Assembly: GCA_037445735.1 (NCBI GenBank)
Contig: JBBIJY010000009.1
Location: 12,974 to 76,973, forward strand
Reading direction: 5' to 3'
DNA from: Armatimonadota bacterium
GTDB lineage: Bacteria; Armatimonadota; Fimbriimonadia; Fimbriimonadales; GBS-DC
Length of the DNA stretch: 64,000 nucleotides
Part shown: positions 55,867 through 64,000 of the stretch, piece after piece
How the letters are laid out: each line of letters starts with the position of its first letter
Position numbering within the stretch: position 1 is the stretch's first letter
The notes under the pieces: model-generated
Databases searched by the model: none
What the model saw: only the letters and a program-made list of their open reading frames with translations
What the model was told of the DNA's origin: nothing
Program-made: the position numbers and the translations under genes

Positions 55867-56802
55867 ATGCACAAGCCCGTAATGCTGGAACAGGTGCTTG
55901 GATTGCTGGAGCCGCCGCCCAAAGGCGTGGTGGTCGATGGAACGGTGGGGGCGGGCGGGCACGCGCGCGCCCTCGCCGAACGAATCGGACGGAGCGGAAC
56001 CCTGATTGCCATCGACCGTGACGAAAGCATGCTTGAACTCGCCTACCAGCACCTGTGCGACCTGCCCATCACACTCCACCTGATCCACGGGGATTATCGC
56101 CACCTGCCCGACATCCTGCACGAGCTGGGCATAACGGAGGTGGACGCGATTTTAATCGATATGGGCGTCTGCTCGGCGCAGCTGGACGACCCGCAGCGCG
56201 GGCTGGCGTTCCGCTACGACGCCCCGCTCGATATGCGCCTCGATCGCTCCCAGACGGAGACGGCAGCCACGCTGTTGCAGCGGGTCTCAGTGGGCGAGCT
56301 GGCGCGAATCCTGCGCGAATATGGGGGCGAACGCTGGGCGAACGCCATCGCGAAAGCGATTATCCGCCGACGCGAGGCAGGACGCATGAACACCACAGGC
56401 GACCTCGTTGCCGCCGTGCTGGAAGCCATCCCGCGCAAATATCAGGATAAACGCATCCACCCTGCTACACGCACCTTTCAGGCGATTCGCATCGCGGTCA
56501 ATCGCGAGCTGGATCGGCTTCAAGAATCGCTGGAAGCCATCTGCGGTTGCCTGCGCGTGGGCGGGCGCATCGTGACGCTGGCGTACCACTCGCTGGAGGA
56601 CCGCGCGGTCAAGCACGCCTTCCGCAATCTGAGCGTGCGCCAGCCTGAACATGCGCTGGTGGGCGGCACGCGCACGCCGTCATCCCCACGCCCGCAACTG
56701 CAGGTGCTGACGCCCAAACCACTGGAGCCAGCGGATGAGGAGATTTGTCAGAATCCGCGCGCCCGCAGTGCCAAACTGCGTGCAGCACAGCGCGTGGCAT
56801 AG
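55867..56802 (+). CDS. rsmH: 16S rRNA (cytosine1402-N4)-methyltransferase
   Basis: Motifs HKPVMLEQVL, VDGTVGAGGH, ILIDMGVCSAQLD, RTFQAIRIAVNREL, YHSLEDR and NPRARSAKLR. Confidence 0.95.
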   Translation: MHKPVMLEQVLGLLEPPPKGVVVDGTVGAGGHARALAERIGRSGTLIAIDRDESMLELAYQHLCDLPITLHLIHGDYRHLPDILHELGITEVDAILIDMGVCSAQLDDPQRGLAFRYDAPLDMRLDRSQTETAATLLQRVSVGELARILREYGGERWANAIAKAIIRRREAGRMNTTGDLVAAVLEAIPRKYQDKRIHPATRTFQAIRIAVNRELDRLQESLEAICGCLRVGGRIVTLAYHSLEDRAVKHAFRNLSVRQPEHALVGGTRTPSSPRPQLQVLTPKPLEPADEEICQNPRARSAKLRAAQRVA

Positions 56803-56811
56803 CGAGAGGAC

Positions 56812-57279
56812 ATGGAGGTGCAACCCGTGAAGACCTTAACGAAACCAGGAACGGTACAGCACAGGACGCATCCTGCCCCGCCATCAGGCGCGTGGGCGCC
56901 TGCTCGCGCTCGCCCTGCCAGACCCCCCCACACTCGCCGCAGGAGCAATCGGCTCGCGTTCATACTGCCCGTTGTGCTCTGCCTGCTGTTCGTTGCGGCG
57001 CATCTGACGGGGATTGCCCTGCTCAACTACGAGAGCGCGCGACGCACCGCTCTCGAAAAAGAGATTCAGCAGCTGCAGCAGCAGAATGAGGCGCTGCGAA
57101 TGCGCCTGAACGCGCTCACAGCAGAGCCAGTCATCCAGCACTGGGCGCAGGCACAGGGCATGGTGCGTGCTGAGACCCAGAGCGCGGCGGTTGTCTCTGT
57201 TACCACCGTCGCTGCCGTTGACCATCCGCTGGCGATGGTCGCGACAGCGGCACGACCTTCACAGGAGGGAGAGATGTGA
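56812..57279 (+). CDS. ftsL: FtsL-like cell-division protein
   Basis: The position between rsmH and ftsI fits. It has a basic N-terminal tail, one TM helix (LAFILPVVLCLLFVAAHLTGIALL) and a coiled coil (LEKEIQQLQQQNEALRMRLNAL). Confidence 0.6.
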   Translation: MEVQPVKTLTKPGTVQHRTHPAPPSGAWAPARARPARPPHTRRRSNRLAFILPVVLCLLFVAAHLTGIALLNYESARRTALEKEIQQLQQQNEALRMRLNALTAEPVIQHWAQAQGMVRAETQSAAVVSVTTVAAVDHPLAMVATAARPSQEGEM

Positions 57280-59084
57280 AACAGCGGGGCACAGCGGTCG
57301 TGTATACAGCGGGCGAGGCGCGCCAGCGTCAGCAGGAGTCGCAGCGCCTCGCGGTCGCGGGCGGGCTGATGGCGCTGGGCGGCGTGCTGATTGTCGGGCG
57401 GCTCTTCACCCTGCAGGTGCTGCAGGCGCAGGAGATGCGTGAGGCAGCCCGCATCCGTCGTGAGCGCACGCGCCCACTGCTCGCCCGACGCGGCGCGATC
57501 CTTGACCGCTATGGACGATCCCTCGCCCGCACCACTTTCCATTATCACCTGGCGATCGACCCGCGGAGCGTGCGCGATCCTGCCGCGACCGCTCGCTGGC
57601 TTGCGCACGGGCTGCAACTCGACGCGAACCGCCTGCAGGCTGCCATCGAAGGGGCACAGGCGAGCAATGCCCGCTACCTGCGCATCGCCACCTTCGTGCC
57701 GCAGGCGCGTGCCGAACCGCTCCTGCAAGCCTATCGGCGCACACCCACCCGCGAGCGGCTCGCCATTCTCACGAGAGAGGTTGTGCCCTCGCGTGAGCTG
57801 CCCGAAGGGCGGCTCGCTGCGCAGGTCGTGGGGCTGACCACCCTCGAAGAGAACCGTGAACAGGGCAATATGCTCAAGCCCCTTTGTGGGCTGGAGCTTT
57901 CGATGGACGCGCGACTGAACGGCAAAAACGGTCAGGAAGAGGGTGAGGTCGCGCCGAACGGCGCCATCATTCCCGAAACTCTGCGCCGGCGGGTGCCGCC
58001 CGTCGATGGCGAACCCGTGCGACTCACGCTCGATATCGAAATTCAACAGGCTGTGGAGGATGCGCTGGACGACCTGATGCGCCGACATCAGCCTGCAGGC
58101 GCGCTGGCGATGGTGCTGAATGTGCGCACGGGCGAACTCCTCGCGCTCGCCAACCGCCCCACCTTTGACCCCATCACGCGCAAAGGGCTGGAGCGTAGCG
58201 CCGAACCGCTGCGCAACCGCGCCATCACCTTCCTGTACGAGCCTGGCTCCACGCTCAAGCCAGTCGTGCTGGCTGCCGCGCTCGACGCGGGCATCGTGCG
58301 CCCAACAGACCGATTCTACTGCCGCAACCGTTTTGTGGTCAGTGGCAAACGCATCAATTGCGTGGTGCATGGGCGCTCGCACGGCTTGCAAACCGTTGAG
58401 GCGGTGCTGAAGAACTCCTGCAATGTTGCCTGTGCGCAGATTGGCTTGCGAATGGGGCTGGAGCGGTTGTACAGGGGGCTACAGCGGTTCCACCTGCTGG
58501 AGCCGACGGGCATCGAGCTGCCTTCGGAGTGGACGGGCTGGACGGAGCCACCCCAGCGCGTGCGATATGGGCGTACCCTGCGCGAGGCGAACCTCGCCTT
58601 CGGGCAGGGCGTGTTCGTGACGCCCCTCGCGCTTGCCGCCGCCTACGCCGCGCTCGCCAACGACGGACGCTGGATCCAGCCACACCTGCTCTACGGACGC
58701 ACCGACCTGAAAACCACACAGGTGGTTCAGCCCGCAATCGCGCGGCTCATCCTGCACGCGCTGGTGCAGGCAGTGGAGGAGGGCACGGGCAGGCAGGCAC
58801 AGATACCCGGCTACTGGATCGCGGGCAAAACGGGCACAGCGCAGAAAGCTATCCCCGAACGCGGCTATGTGCGCGGCAAATATATCGCCTCCTTTATCGG
58901 CATCGTGCCCGCCGATGAGCCGCGCGCCGTCATCATGGTGCTTGCAGATGAACCGCGCAACGGCTACTACGGTGGCGAGGTCGCAGCGCCCACCTTCCGC
59001 CGAATCGCCCAGTTCCTGCTCTGGTACTGGAAAATCCCGCCCAGCAGAGAACTTAAAAGCAGAGCGAGGTCTAACCGGGTATGA
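57276..59084 (+). CDS. ftsI: Peptidoglycan D,D-transpeptidase (class B PBP, FtsI type)
   Basis: There is a TM anchor and a dimerisation domain. The catalytic motifs are STLKP (SxxK), SCN (SxN) and KTGTA. GTG start overlaps the ftsL 3' end. Confidence 0.9.
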   Translation: MKQRGTAVVYTAGEARQRQQESQRLAVAGGLMALGGVLIVGRLFTLQVLQAQEMREAARIRRERTRPLLARRGAILDRYGRSLARTTFHYHLAIDPRSVRDPAATARWLAHGLQLDANRLQAAIEGAQASNARYLRIATFVPQARAEPLLQAYRRTPTRERLAILTREVVPSRELPEGRLAAQVVGLTTLEENREQGNMLKPLCGLELSMDARLNGKNGQEEGEVAPNGAIIPETLRRRVPPVDGEPVRLTLDIEIQQAVEDALDDLMRRHQPAGALAMVLNVRTGELLALANRPTFDPITRKGLERSAEPLRNRAITFLYEPGSTLKPVVLAAALDAGIVRPTDRFYCRNRFVVSGKRINCVVHGRSHGLQTVEAVLKNSCNVACAQIGLRMGLERLYRGLQRFHLLEPTGIELPSEWTGWTEPPQRVRYGRTLREANLAFGQGVFVTPLALAAAYAALANDGRWIQPHLLYGRTDLKTTQVVQPAIARLILHALVQAVEEGTGRQAQIPGYWIAGKTGTAQKAIPERGYVRGKYIASFIGIVPADEPRAVIMVLADEPRNGYYGGEVAAPTFRRIAQFLLWYWKIPPSRELKSRARSNRV

Positions 59085-60664
59085 GACGCTTGAGCGAACT
59101 GTTGCAGGAGGCTGGCGTGGCGCATCGGCTGTATGGCGACAGCTGGATTCGCGCCATCCAGGTCGATTCGCGTCAGGTGCAGGCGGGCGATCTGTTCGTT
59201 GCGCTCAAAGGCACGCGCCATGACGGGCATCAGTTCCTGCAACAGGCGATTGAGCGGGGCGCCGCCGCGCTGCTGGTGAGCAACGCGAGCGCCATCCCGC
59301 CCAACGCACCCGCATGGGCACAGGTGGACGACACACGCGACGCACTGTGGCGGATTGCCCGGCAATTTTACGGGGACGCGAGCCGCCAGCTGAGGGTGGT
59401 GGGCGTCACGGGCACCAACGGCAAGACCACCACCACGCACCTGATGCGCGCGATTTTCGAGGCGGCAGGTCTGCCCTGTGCGCTGATTGGCACGCTGGGC
59501 GCCGCGCTACCCCACCTACTGGAAGATGCCCCCTCACCCGTACCCTCTCCCCAAAAGGGGAAGAGGGGTATAGAGAATCCCCTCTCCCACGCTGTGGGGG
59601 AGGGGGCAGGGGGCGAGGGACCTGCCCTGACCACGCCGGAGCCGTTTGTGCTGCAGGCGCTGTTGTGCCGTGCGCTGGAGCGGGGCGCCCGCGCCGTCGC
59701 GATGGAGGTCTCCTCGCACGCGCTCGACCAGCGCCGCGCCGATGGCATCCGCTTCGACGCAGGCATCTTCACCAACCTCACGCCTGAACATCTGGACTAT
59801 CACCCCACGATGGAGGCTTACGCCGCCGCCAAACTGCGTCTGTTCACCGAGCTGGCACGCCAGTCGGGCAAGCCGTTCCGCGCCGTTATCAATCTCGATG
59901 CGGAATGGGGCGGGTGGTTCGCCGAGCGTGCCGAAGGCGAGCTGTGGACTTACGGCACACAGCCGAACGCGCGCGTGCGAGCCACCGAGGTGCAGATTCA
60001 CACCGATGGCATCCAGTTCATCGTGCAGGCGGATGCCGGCAAGCCGTTGCGCTTCCCTGCCCGCATTCGGCTCAGTGCACCGTACAACCTGCAGAATGCG
60101 CTGGGCGCGATTGCCGCCGCGCTCAGCCTCGAACTGCCGATTGAAGCCATTCAGGTGGGTCTGCTGCGTGTGGAGCGGGTGCCCGGGCGCTTCGAGCGCG
60201 TGCCCATCGATGCCCCCTTCACCGTGATTGTGGACTACGCGCACACGCCCGACGCCCTCCGACGCCTGCTGGAGGCGGCGCGGGCGCTGGAACCCACACG
60301 CCTCACCATCCTGTTCGGCTGCGGGGGCGACCGCGACCCGACCAAACGCCCCGTGATGGGCGCCATCGCCACTGAACTCGCTGACCGCGTGATCCTGACC
60401 TCCGATAACCCGCGCACCGAACCACCCGAACGCATCCTTGAGCAAATAGTGGCAGGCATCCCGCCCGAACGACGCGAGAAAGTGGTGGCGATTGAACCCG
60501 ATCGGCGCACCGCAATCGCGATTGCTCTGGAGCAGGCGATCGCGGGCGAGCTGATCCTGCTAACAGGCAAGGGACACGAGAACTATCAGATTATCGGCAC
60601 GACAAAGTTTCCGTTCAGCGATCGTGAGACCGTGCTGGAGTTGATGGGAGCGAAGCGAGCATGA
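59081..60664 (+). CDS. murE: UDP-N-acetylmuramoyl-L-alanyl-D-glutamate--2,6-diaminopimelate ligase
   Basis: Motifs GVTGTNGKTTT, MEVSSHAL, DYAHTPDAL and the DNPR motif (meso-DAP type). It carries an in-frame repeat-derived insertion of about 30 aa between IGTLG and TTPEP. Confidence 0.95.
   Translation: MRRLSELLQEAGVAHRLYGDSWIRAIQVDSRQVQAGDLFVALKGTRHDGHQFLQQAIERGAAALLVSNASAIPPNAPAWAQVDDTRDALWRIARQFYGDASRQLRVVGVTGTNGKTTTTHLMRAIFEAAGLPCALIGTLGAALPHLLEDAPSPVPSPQKGKRGIENPLSHAVGEGAGGEGPALTTPEPFVLQALLCRALERGARAVAMEVSSHALDQRRADGIRFDAGIFTNLTPEHLDYHPTMEAYAAAKLRLFTELARQSGKPFRAVINLDAEWGGWFAERAEGELWTYGTQPNARVRATEVQIHTDGIQFIVQADAGKPLRFPARIRLSAPYNLQNALGAIAAALSLELPIEAIQVGLLRVERVPGRFERVPIDAPFTVIVDYAHTPDALRRLLEAARALEPTRLTILFGCGGDRDPTKRPVMGAIATELADRVILTSDNPRTEPPERILEQIVAGIPPERREKVVAIEPDRRTAIAIALEQAIAGELILLTGKGHENYQIIGTTKFPFSDRETVLELMGAKRA
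59529..59619. repeat. Degenerate nested-palindromic repeat inside the murE CDS
   Basis: The sequence is CCCCCTCACCCGTACCCTCTCCCCaaaaGGGGAAGAGGGG...CCCCTCTCCCacgctgtGGGGGAGGGGG.... It translates as [31 protein letters not shown]. Confidence 0.8.
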
Positions 60665-62061
60665 GAGCGATGACCTTACGCGAGGTTGCGCAGGCGTTGC
60701 ATGCGAGCCTGCCTGTGCTGCTGACGGGCGAGGAGCGCGTGCAGGGCGTCACGACCGACAGTCGCACGGTGCAGGCGGGCGACCTGTTCTTTGCGCTGCG
60801 GGGCGAACGCACCGATGGACACATGTACCTGCAGGAGGTGTTCGCGAAGGGCGCGGTCGCTGCGGTGGTGGAGTATATCCCGATTGGCGCGGAAGGGCTG
60901 CCCCTGCTGCGCGTGCCCTCCACCCTGCAGGCGCTGGGCACGCTGGCGCACCACTACCGCATGCAGATGCCCGATCTGGTGGTGATCGGCATCACAGGCA
61001 GCACGGGCAAGACCACCACGCGCGCGATGACCGCCGCCGCGCTTGAAGCGGGCTATCCTGGCGCCATCCAGAGCAGCCCGGGCAACTTCAACACCGAGAT
61101 TGGCGTGCCGCTCACCATCTTCGGGCTGGAGGCGCACCATCGGCTGCTGGTGCAGGAGATGGCGATGCGCGGGCGCGGGCAAATCGCCTACCTTGCCGGG
61201 ATCGCCCGCCCGCAAATCGGCGTCATCACTCAAATCGGCTGGTCACACATCGAGCTGCTGGGCAGCCGTCAGGCGATTGCGGAGGCGAAGGGCGAGCTGC
61301 TGCTGGCATTGCCACCCGACGGGTGGGCAATCCTGCCCCGCGACGACAGGTTCTATGAGTTCCTGCGTTCGCTGGCGCCCTGCCCCGTGCTGACCTTCGG
61401 ACGCCATCCCGAATCGGACGCCTGCCTGCTCGAAACGCGCCTTGCGCCCGACAGCACCACAGGCGTCATCCAGATTCGGATACCCGCCACCGGCGAGCGA
61501 GCGATTGTCGAACTCACCCTGCCCTATCTGGGCGAGCATCTGCTGATGAACGCGACGGTCGCCCTGCTGGTCGCTGCCGTGCTGGGTGTCGATCTGGAGC
61601 GGGCTGCCCGCGCGCTGGCGCAGGTGCAACTGCCCGAGATGCGCATGAACATTCAGCCCCAGCCCGGCGGCTGGACGCTCATCAACGACGCCTACAACGC
61701 GAACCCCGATTCGATGCGCGCGGCGCTGCAGGTGCTGCTCTATCAGGCGCCTGCTAAACGCCGGATCGCCATTCTGGGCGATATGAAGGAGCTGGGCGCC
61801 TACAGTATGCGCCTGCACTGGCAACTGGGGCGCTGGCTTGCCACTCAGCCGCTCGATTACCTGATTCTGGTCGGCTACGATGTGCTATGGACGGCGGCTG
61901 CCGCCAGGGAGGGCGGGTTCCCCCCTCAGCGCGTGCTGCACTTCGAGAACCCGCTGAGCGCAGGGGAGTGGCTCTGGCGCAATGTGCAAAAGGGCGACTG
62001 GGTACTGCTCAAAGGCTCCCGCGCCATCGGACTGGAACGCATCATGGGCGTGAAGGCGTAA
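60661..62061 (+). CDS. murF: UDP-N-acetylmuramoyl-tripeptide--D-alanyl-D-alanine ligase
   Basis: Motifs ITGSTGKTTT, DAYNANPDSM and GDMKELG. Its start overlaps the murE stop (ATGA). Confidence 0.95.
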   Translation: MRAMTLREVAQALHASLPVLLTGEERVQGVTTDSRTVQAGDLFFALRGERTDGHMYLQEVFAKGAVAAVVEYIPIGAEGLPLLRVPSTLQALGTLAHHYRMQMPDLVVIGITGSTGKTTTRAMTAAALEAGYPGAIQSSPGNFNTEIGVPLTIFGLEAHHRLLVQEMAMRGRGQIAYLAGIARPQIGVITQIGWSHIELLGSRQAIAEAKGELLLALPPDGWAILPRDDRFYEFLRSLAPCPVLTFGRHPESDACLLETRLAPDSTTGVIQIRIPATGERAIVELTLPYLGEHLLMNATVALLVAAVLGVDLERAARALAQVQLPEMRMNIQPQPGGWTLINDAYNANPDSMRAALQVLLYQAPAKRRIAILGDMKELGAYSMRLHWQLGRWLATQPLDYLILVGYDVLWTAAAAREGGFPPQRVLHFENPLSAGEWLWRNVQKGDWVLLKGSRAIGLERIMGVKA

Positions 62062-62146
62062 TCAGCCTCCCTCTCCCCCTTTGGGGGAGAGGGTACGCAA
62101 TCAGCCTCCCTCTCCCCCAGAGGGGGAGAGGGTACGGGTGAGGGGG
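62061..62146. repeat. Two tandem nested-palindromic repeat units in the murF-mraY spacer
   Basis: The units are ATCAGCCTCCCTCTCCCCCtttGGGGGAGAGGGTACGCA and ATCAGCCTCCCTCTCCCCCagaGGGGGAGAGGGTACGGGTGAGGGGG. They start at the last base of the murF stop codon. Confidence 0.9.
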
Positions 62147-62160
62147 CAACATTAAGCAAG

Positions 62161-63222
62161 ATGATGATAGAGATGGTGATCGCGGCACTAACGGCGCTGG
62201 TAATGGGCAGGCCGATAATCGGTGCGCTGGCGCGACTGAACATTCGCCAGAGCATCTATTCCTACGCGCCTGAAAGCCATCGGGTGAAGGAAGGCACGCC
62301 CACGATGGGCGGGTTCATTATTCTGCTCGGCGTGGCGGTCGGGCTGCTCGCGTTCGCCTTTCTGCCCCATCCTGCACAACCAGTAGCTGGGGCATCCATG
62401 CCCCAGTCTATCCCCAGAGGTAGCCTGTACCTTGTGCCGTTGCTCACCTTCTTCGCCGCGGCGGGGCTGTTCGCCCTGCTGGGCTTCCTCGACGACTATC
62501 TGGTGCGCCGCTGGCTGGGGCGGCGCGGGCTGGAATGGAAAACGAAACTGCTGCTGCAGGCACTGATGGCGGCGGTCGCACTCTATGCAACAGCGAGCAT
62601 GCCAGCGCAGTTGCTGAGCGCCCCTCATGCCGATGGAGCAAACGCGCCTGCTCTTCCCTCCCCTGCTCTGCCCCTCTCCGTCTGGCTGCTGGCGCTGGTG
62701 TGGGTGGTCGGCTGGGTGAACGCTTTCAACCTGACAGATGGGCTGGACGGGCTGGCAGCGGGGCTGAGCGTGATTGCGTTCGGTATACTCGCCGCGCTCT
62801 GTCGCGACACGCTGAGCGTCATCACCGCGATGCTCTGGTGCGGCGCCGCGCTCGGCTACCTGTGGTGGAACCTTCATCCCGCGCATGTGTTCATGGGCGA
62901 CACCGGCTCGATGGCGCTCGGCGCAACCTTCGCGCTAATCACCTGGCGCGAACTGATGCTCGCTGGGAGCCTGTCGGGTGAATGGCTCCCGCGCGCCGCG
63001 CTGTTCGTGCTGATCGGGCTGATGTTCGCGATCGAAATCATCACCGTGATAATTCAGTTGAGCGCGGTGAAGGTGCTCAAGCGGCGCATCTTCCGCGCGA
63101 CGCCCATCCATCACCATTTTGAGCTGATGGGCTGGCAGGAGAGCCTGATTGTGGGTCGGTTCTGGATTGCAGGTGCGCTGACGGGACTGATGGCGTACGC
63201 GCTTTCGGGAGGGTTGCGATGA
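62161..63222 (+). CDS. mraY: Phospho-N-acetylmuramoyl-pentapeptide transferase
   Basis: Motifs KEGTPTMGG, NAFNLTDGLDGLA, HVFMGDTGSMALG and PIHHHFEL. Confidence 0.95.
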   Translation: MMIEMVIAALTALVMGRPIIGALARLNIRQSIYSYAPESHRVKEGTPTMGGFIILLGVAVGLLAFAFLPHPAQPVAGASMPQSIPRGSLYLVPLLTFFAAAGLFALLGFLDDYLVRRWLGRRGLEWKTKLLLQALMAAVALYATASMPAQLLSAPHADGANAPALPSPALPLSVWLLALVWVVGWVNAFNLTDGLDGLAAGLSVIAFGILAALCRDTLSVITAMLWCGAALGYLWWNLHPAHVFMGDTGSMALGATFALITWRELMLAGSLSGEWLPRAALFVLIGLMFAIEIITVIIQLSAVKVLKRRIFRATPIHHHFELMGWQESLIVGRFWIAGALTGLMAYALSGGLR

Positions 63223-64000
63223 ACTGGAGCGAGATGCGGGTGGCAATCGTTGGCACGGGGCGTAGCGGCATAGCCGCTGCCGCCGCACTGCTCCAGCGCG
63301 GCGCCACCGTCGAACTGTATGACCGCAACATGCAGCTGGATGCACTGGAACAGTTGATGGCGCATCTGGAAAACGCTCAGCTCGATCCCGATATGGAGAT
63401 CACTATTGCAGGGTTCCCGCAACAGGATGTGCCTGACTGGGAATCGCCGCCCGATCTGATTATCGTCAGCCCTGCCCTGCCCCCGTCGCATCCGCTGTTT
63501 GAGGGCGCCCGCGCGCACGGCGTCCCCGTCTGGAGCGAGATCGAGCTGGGCTATCGCCTCGCAAAAGCGCCCATTATTGCCATCACGGGCACAAACGCCA
63601 AAACGACGACCGCCGCGCTTGTCCACCACCTGCTGACCCATGCGGGCATCCGGGCGCACCTGTGCGGCAATATCGCGGGCACCGAAAGCGACCAGACGCT
63701 TACCACCGCCGCGCTCAAGGCACAGCCCGACGAGTGGCTTGTGGCGGAGGTCAGCTCGTTCCAGCTGCAAAACATCCATCAATTTCGCCCGCACATCGCG
63801 GTCATCACCAATATCACGCCCGATCATCTGGACTATCATGGCAGTTTTGAGGCGTACGCGCGGGCGAAGGGGCGATTGCTGGAGAACCTGACGCCCGACG
63901 ACTGGGCAGTGCTGAACGGCAACGATGCGGGCATCCAGCAGCTTCTAAAATGGCTGCGTGCCGAGAACTGCCCCGGATTGCTGAATGTGGAGCGCGCGGG
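63219..64000 (+). CDS. murD: UDP-N-acetylmuramoylalanine--D-glutamate ligase (3'-truncated by the window end)
   Basis: The ATG at 63219 overlaps the mraY stop (ATGA). Manual translation gives MNWSEMRVAIVGTGRSGIAAA... and ...IIAITGTNAKTTTAALVHHL. The ORF is absent from the track because no stop falls within the window. Confidence 0.9.
   Translation, partial: MNWSEMRVAIVGTGRSGIAAAAALLQRGATVELYDRNMQLDALEQLMAHLENAQLDPDMEITIAGFPQQDVPDWESPPDLIIVSPALPPSHPLFEGARAHGVPVWSEIELGYRLAKAPIIAITGTNAKTTTAALVHHLLTHAGIRAHLCGNIAGTESDQTLTTAALKAQPDEWLVAEVSSFQLQNIHQFRPHIAVITNITPDHLDYHGSFEAYARAKGRLLENLTPDDWAVLNGNDAGIQQLLKWLRAENCPGLLNVERA

Noticed and set aside
57066-58391. 441-aa minus-strand ORF
   Set aside because: It is antisense to ftsL and ftsI, where SxxK, SxN and KTG are present on the plus strand.

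Overview
High-G+C chromosomal segment. Hand counts of 60-nt samples give about 65% G+C in core genes. The host looks like a diderm bacterium: lpxD, an LptD/OstA-like gene and two GT9 heptosyltransferase-like genes are present. A DUF1559/H-X9-DG pseudopilin-like protein, a PEP-CTERM protein and dockerin-like C-terminal tags hint at an Armatimonadota/Planctomycetota-like lineage, but this cannot be proven from the sequence. Most of the window is housekeeping: polX, rpsF-ssb-rpsR, speE, trxA, prfB with its programmed +1 frameshift, pyrR, ileS, xerD, mfd, tRNA-Glu(CUC), purA, cdd, an LDH/MDH-family dehydrogenase, lpxD, and a dcw cluster (mraZ-rsmH-ftsL-ftsI-murE-murF-mraY-murD, truncated at the window end). 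Three things stand out. (1) A roughly 6.7-kb low-G+C island (23.0-29.9 kb) carries a three-gene minus-strand cluster of large secreted proteins with no assignable function. One is a lipoprotein candidate with a dockerin-like tail, one is a paralogous beta-propeller-like protein, and one is a 959-aa protein with a clan-A glycosidase-like NEP motif. (2) A nested-palindromic repeat family (core CCCTCTCCCC-loop-GGGGAGAGGG, often flanked by CCCCTCACCC / GGGTGAGGGG) occurs at nine or more loci. It lies in frame inside open reading frames of mfd, murE, an LptD-like gene and a GT-C glycosyltransferase. One copy is bounded by 16-bp perfect terminal inverted repeats, like a MITE. (3) An extremely AT-rich membrane-protein gene (12.5-13.2 kb) contains a perfect 25-bp inverted repeat. 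Smaller observations are a 4 x GTGG(A/T) array with 11-bp period at the mraZ promoter, a stand-alone SelB winged-helix-like ORF next to two thioredoxin-fold genes, and a second short palindrome shared by the ssb-rpsR spacer and the mfd coding sequence. All functional calls rest on recognising motifs in the translated ORFs; no database search was run.
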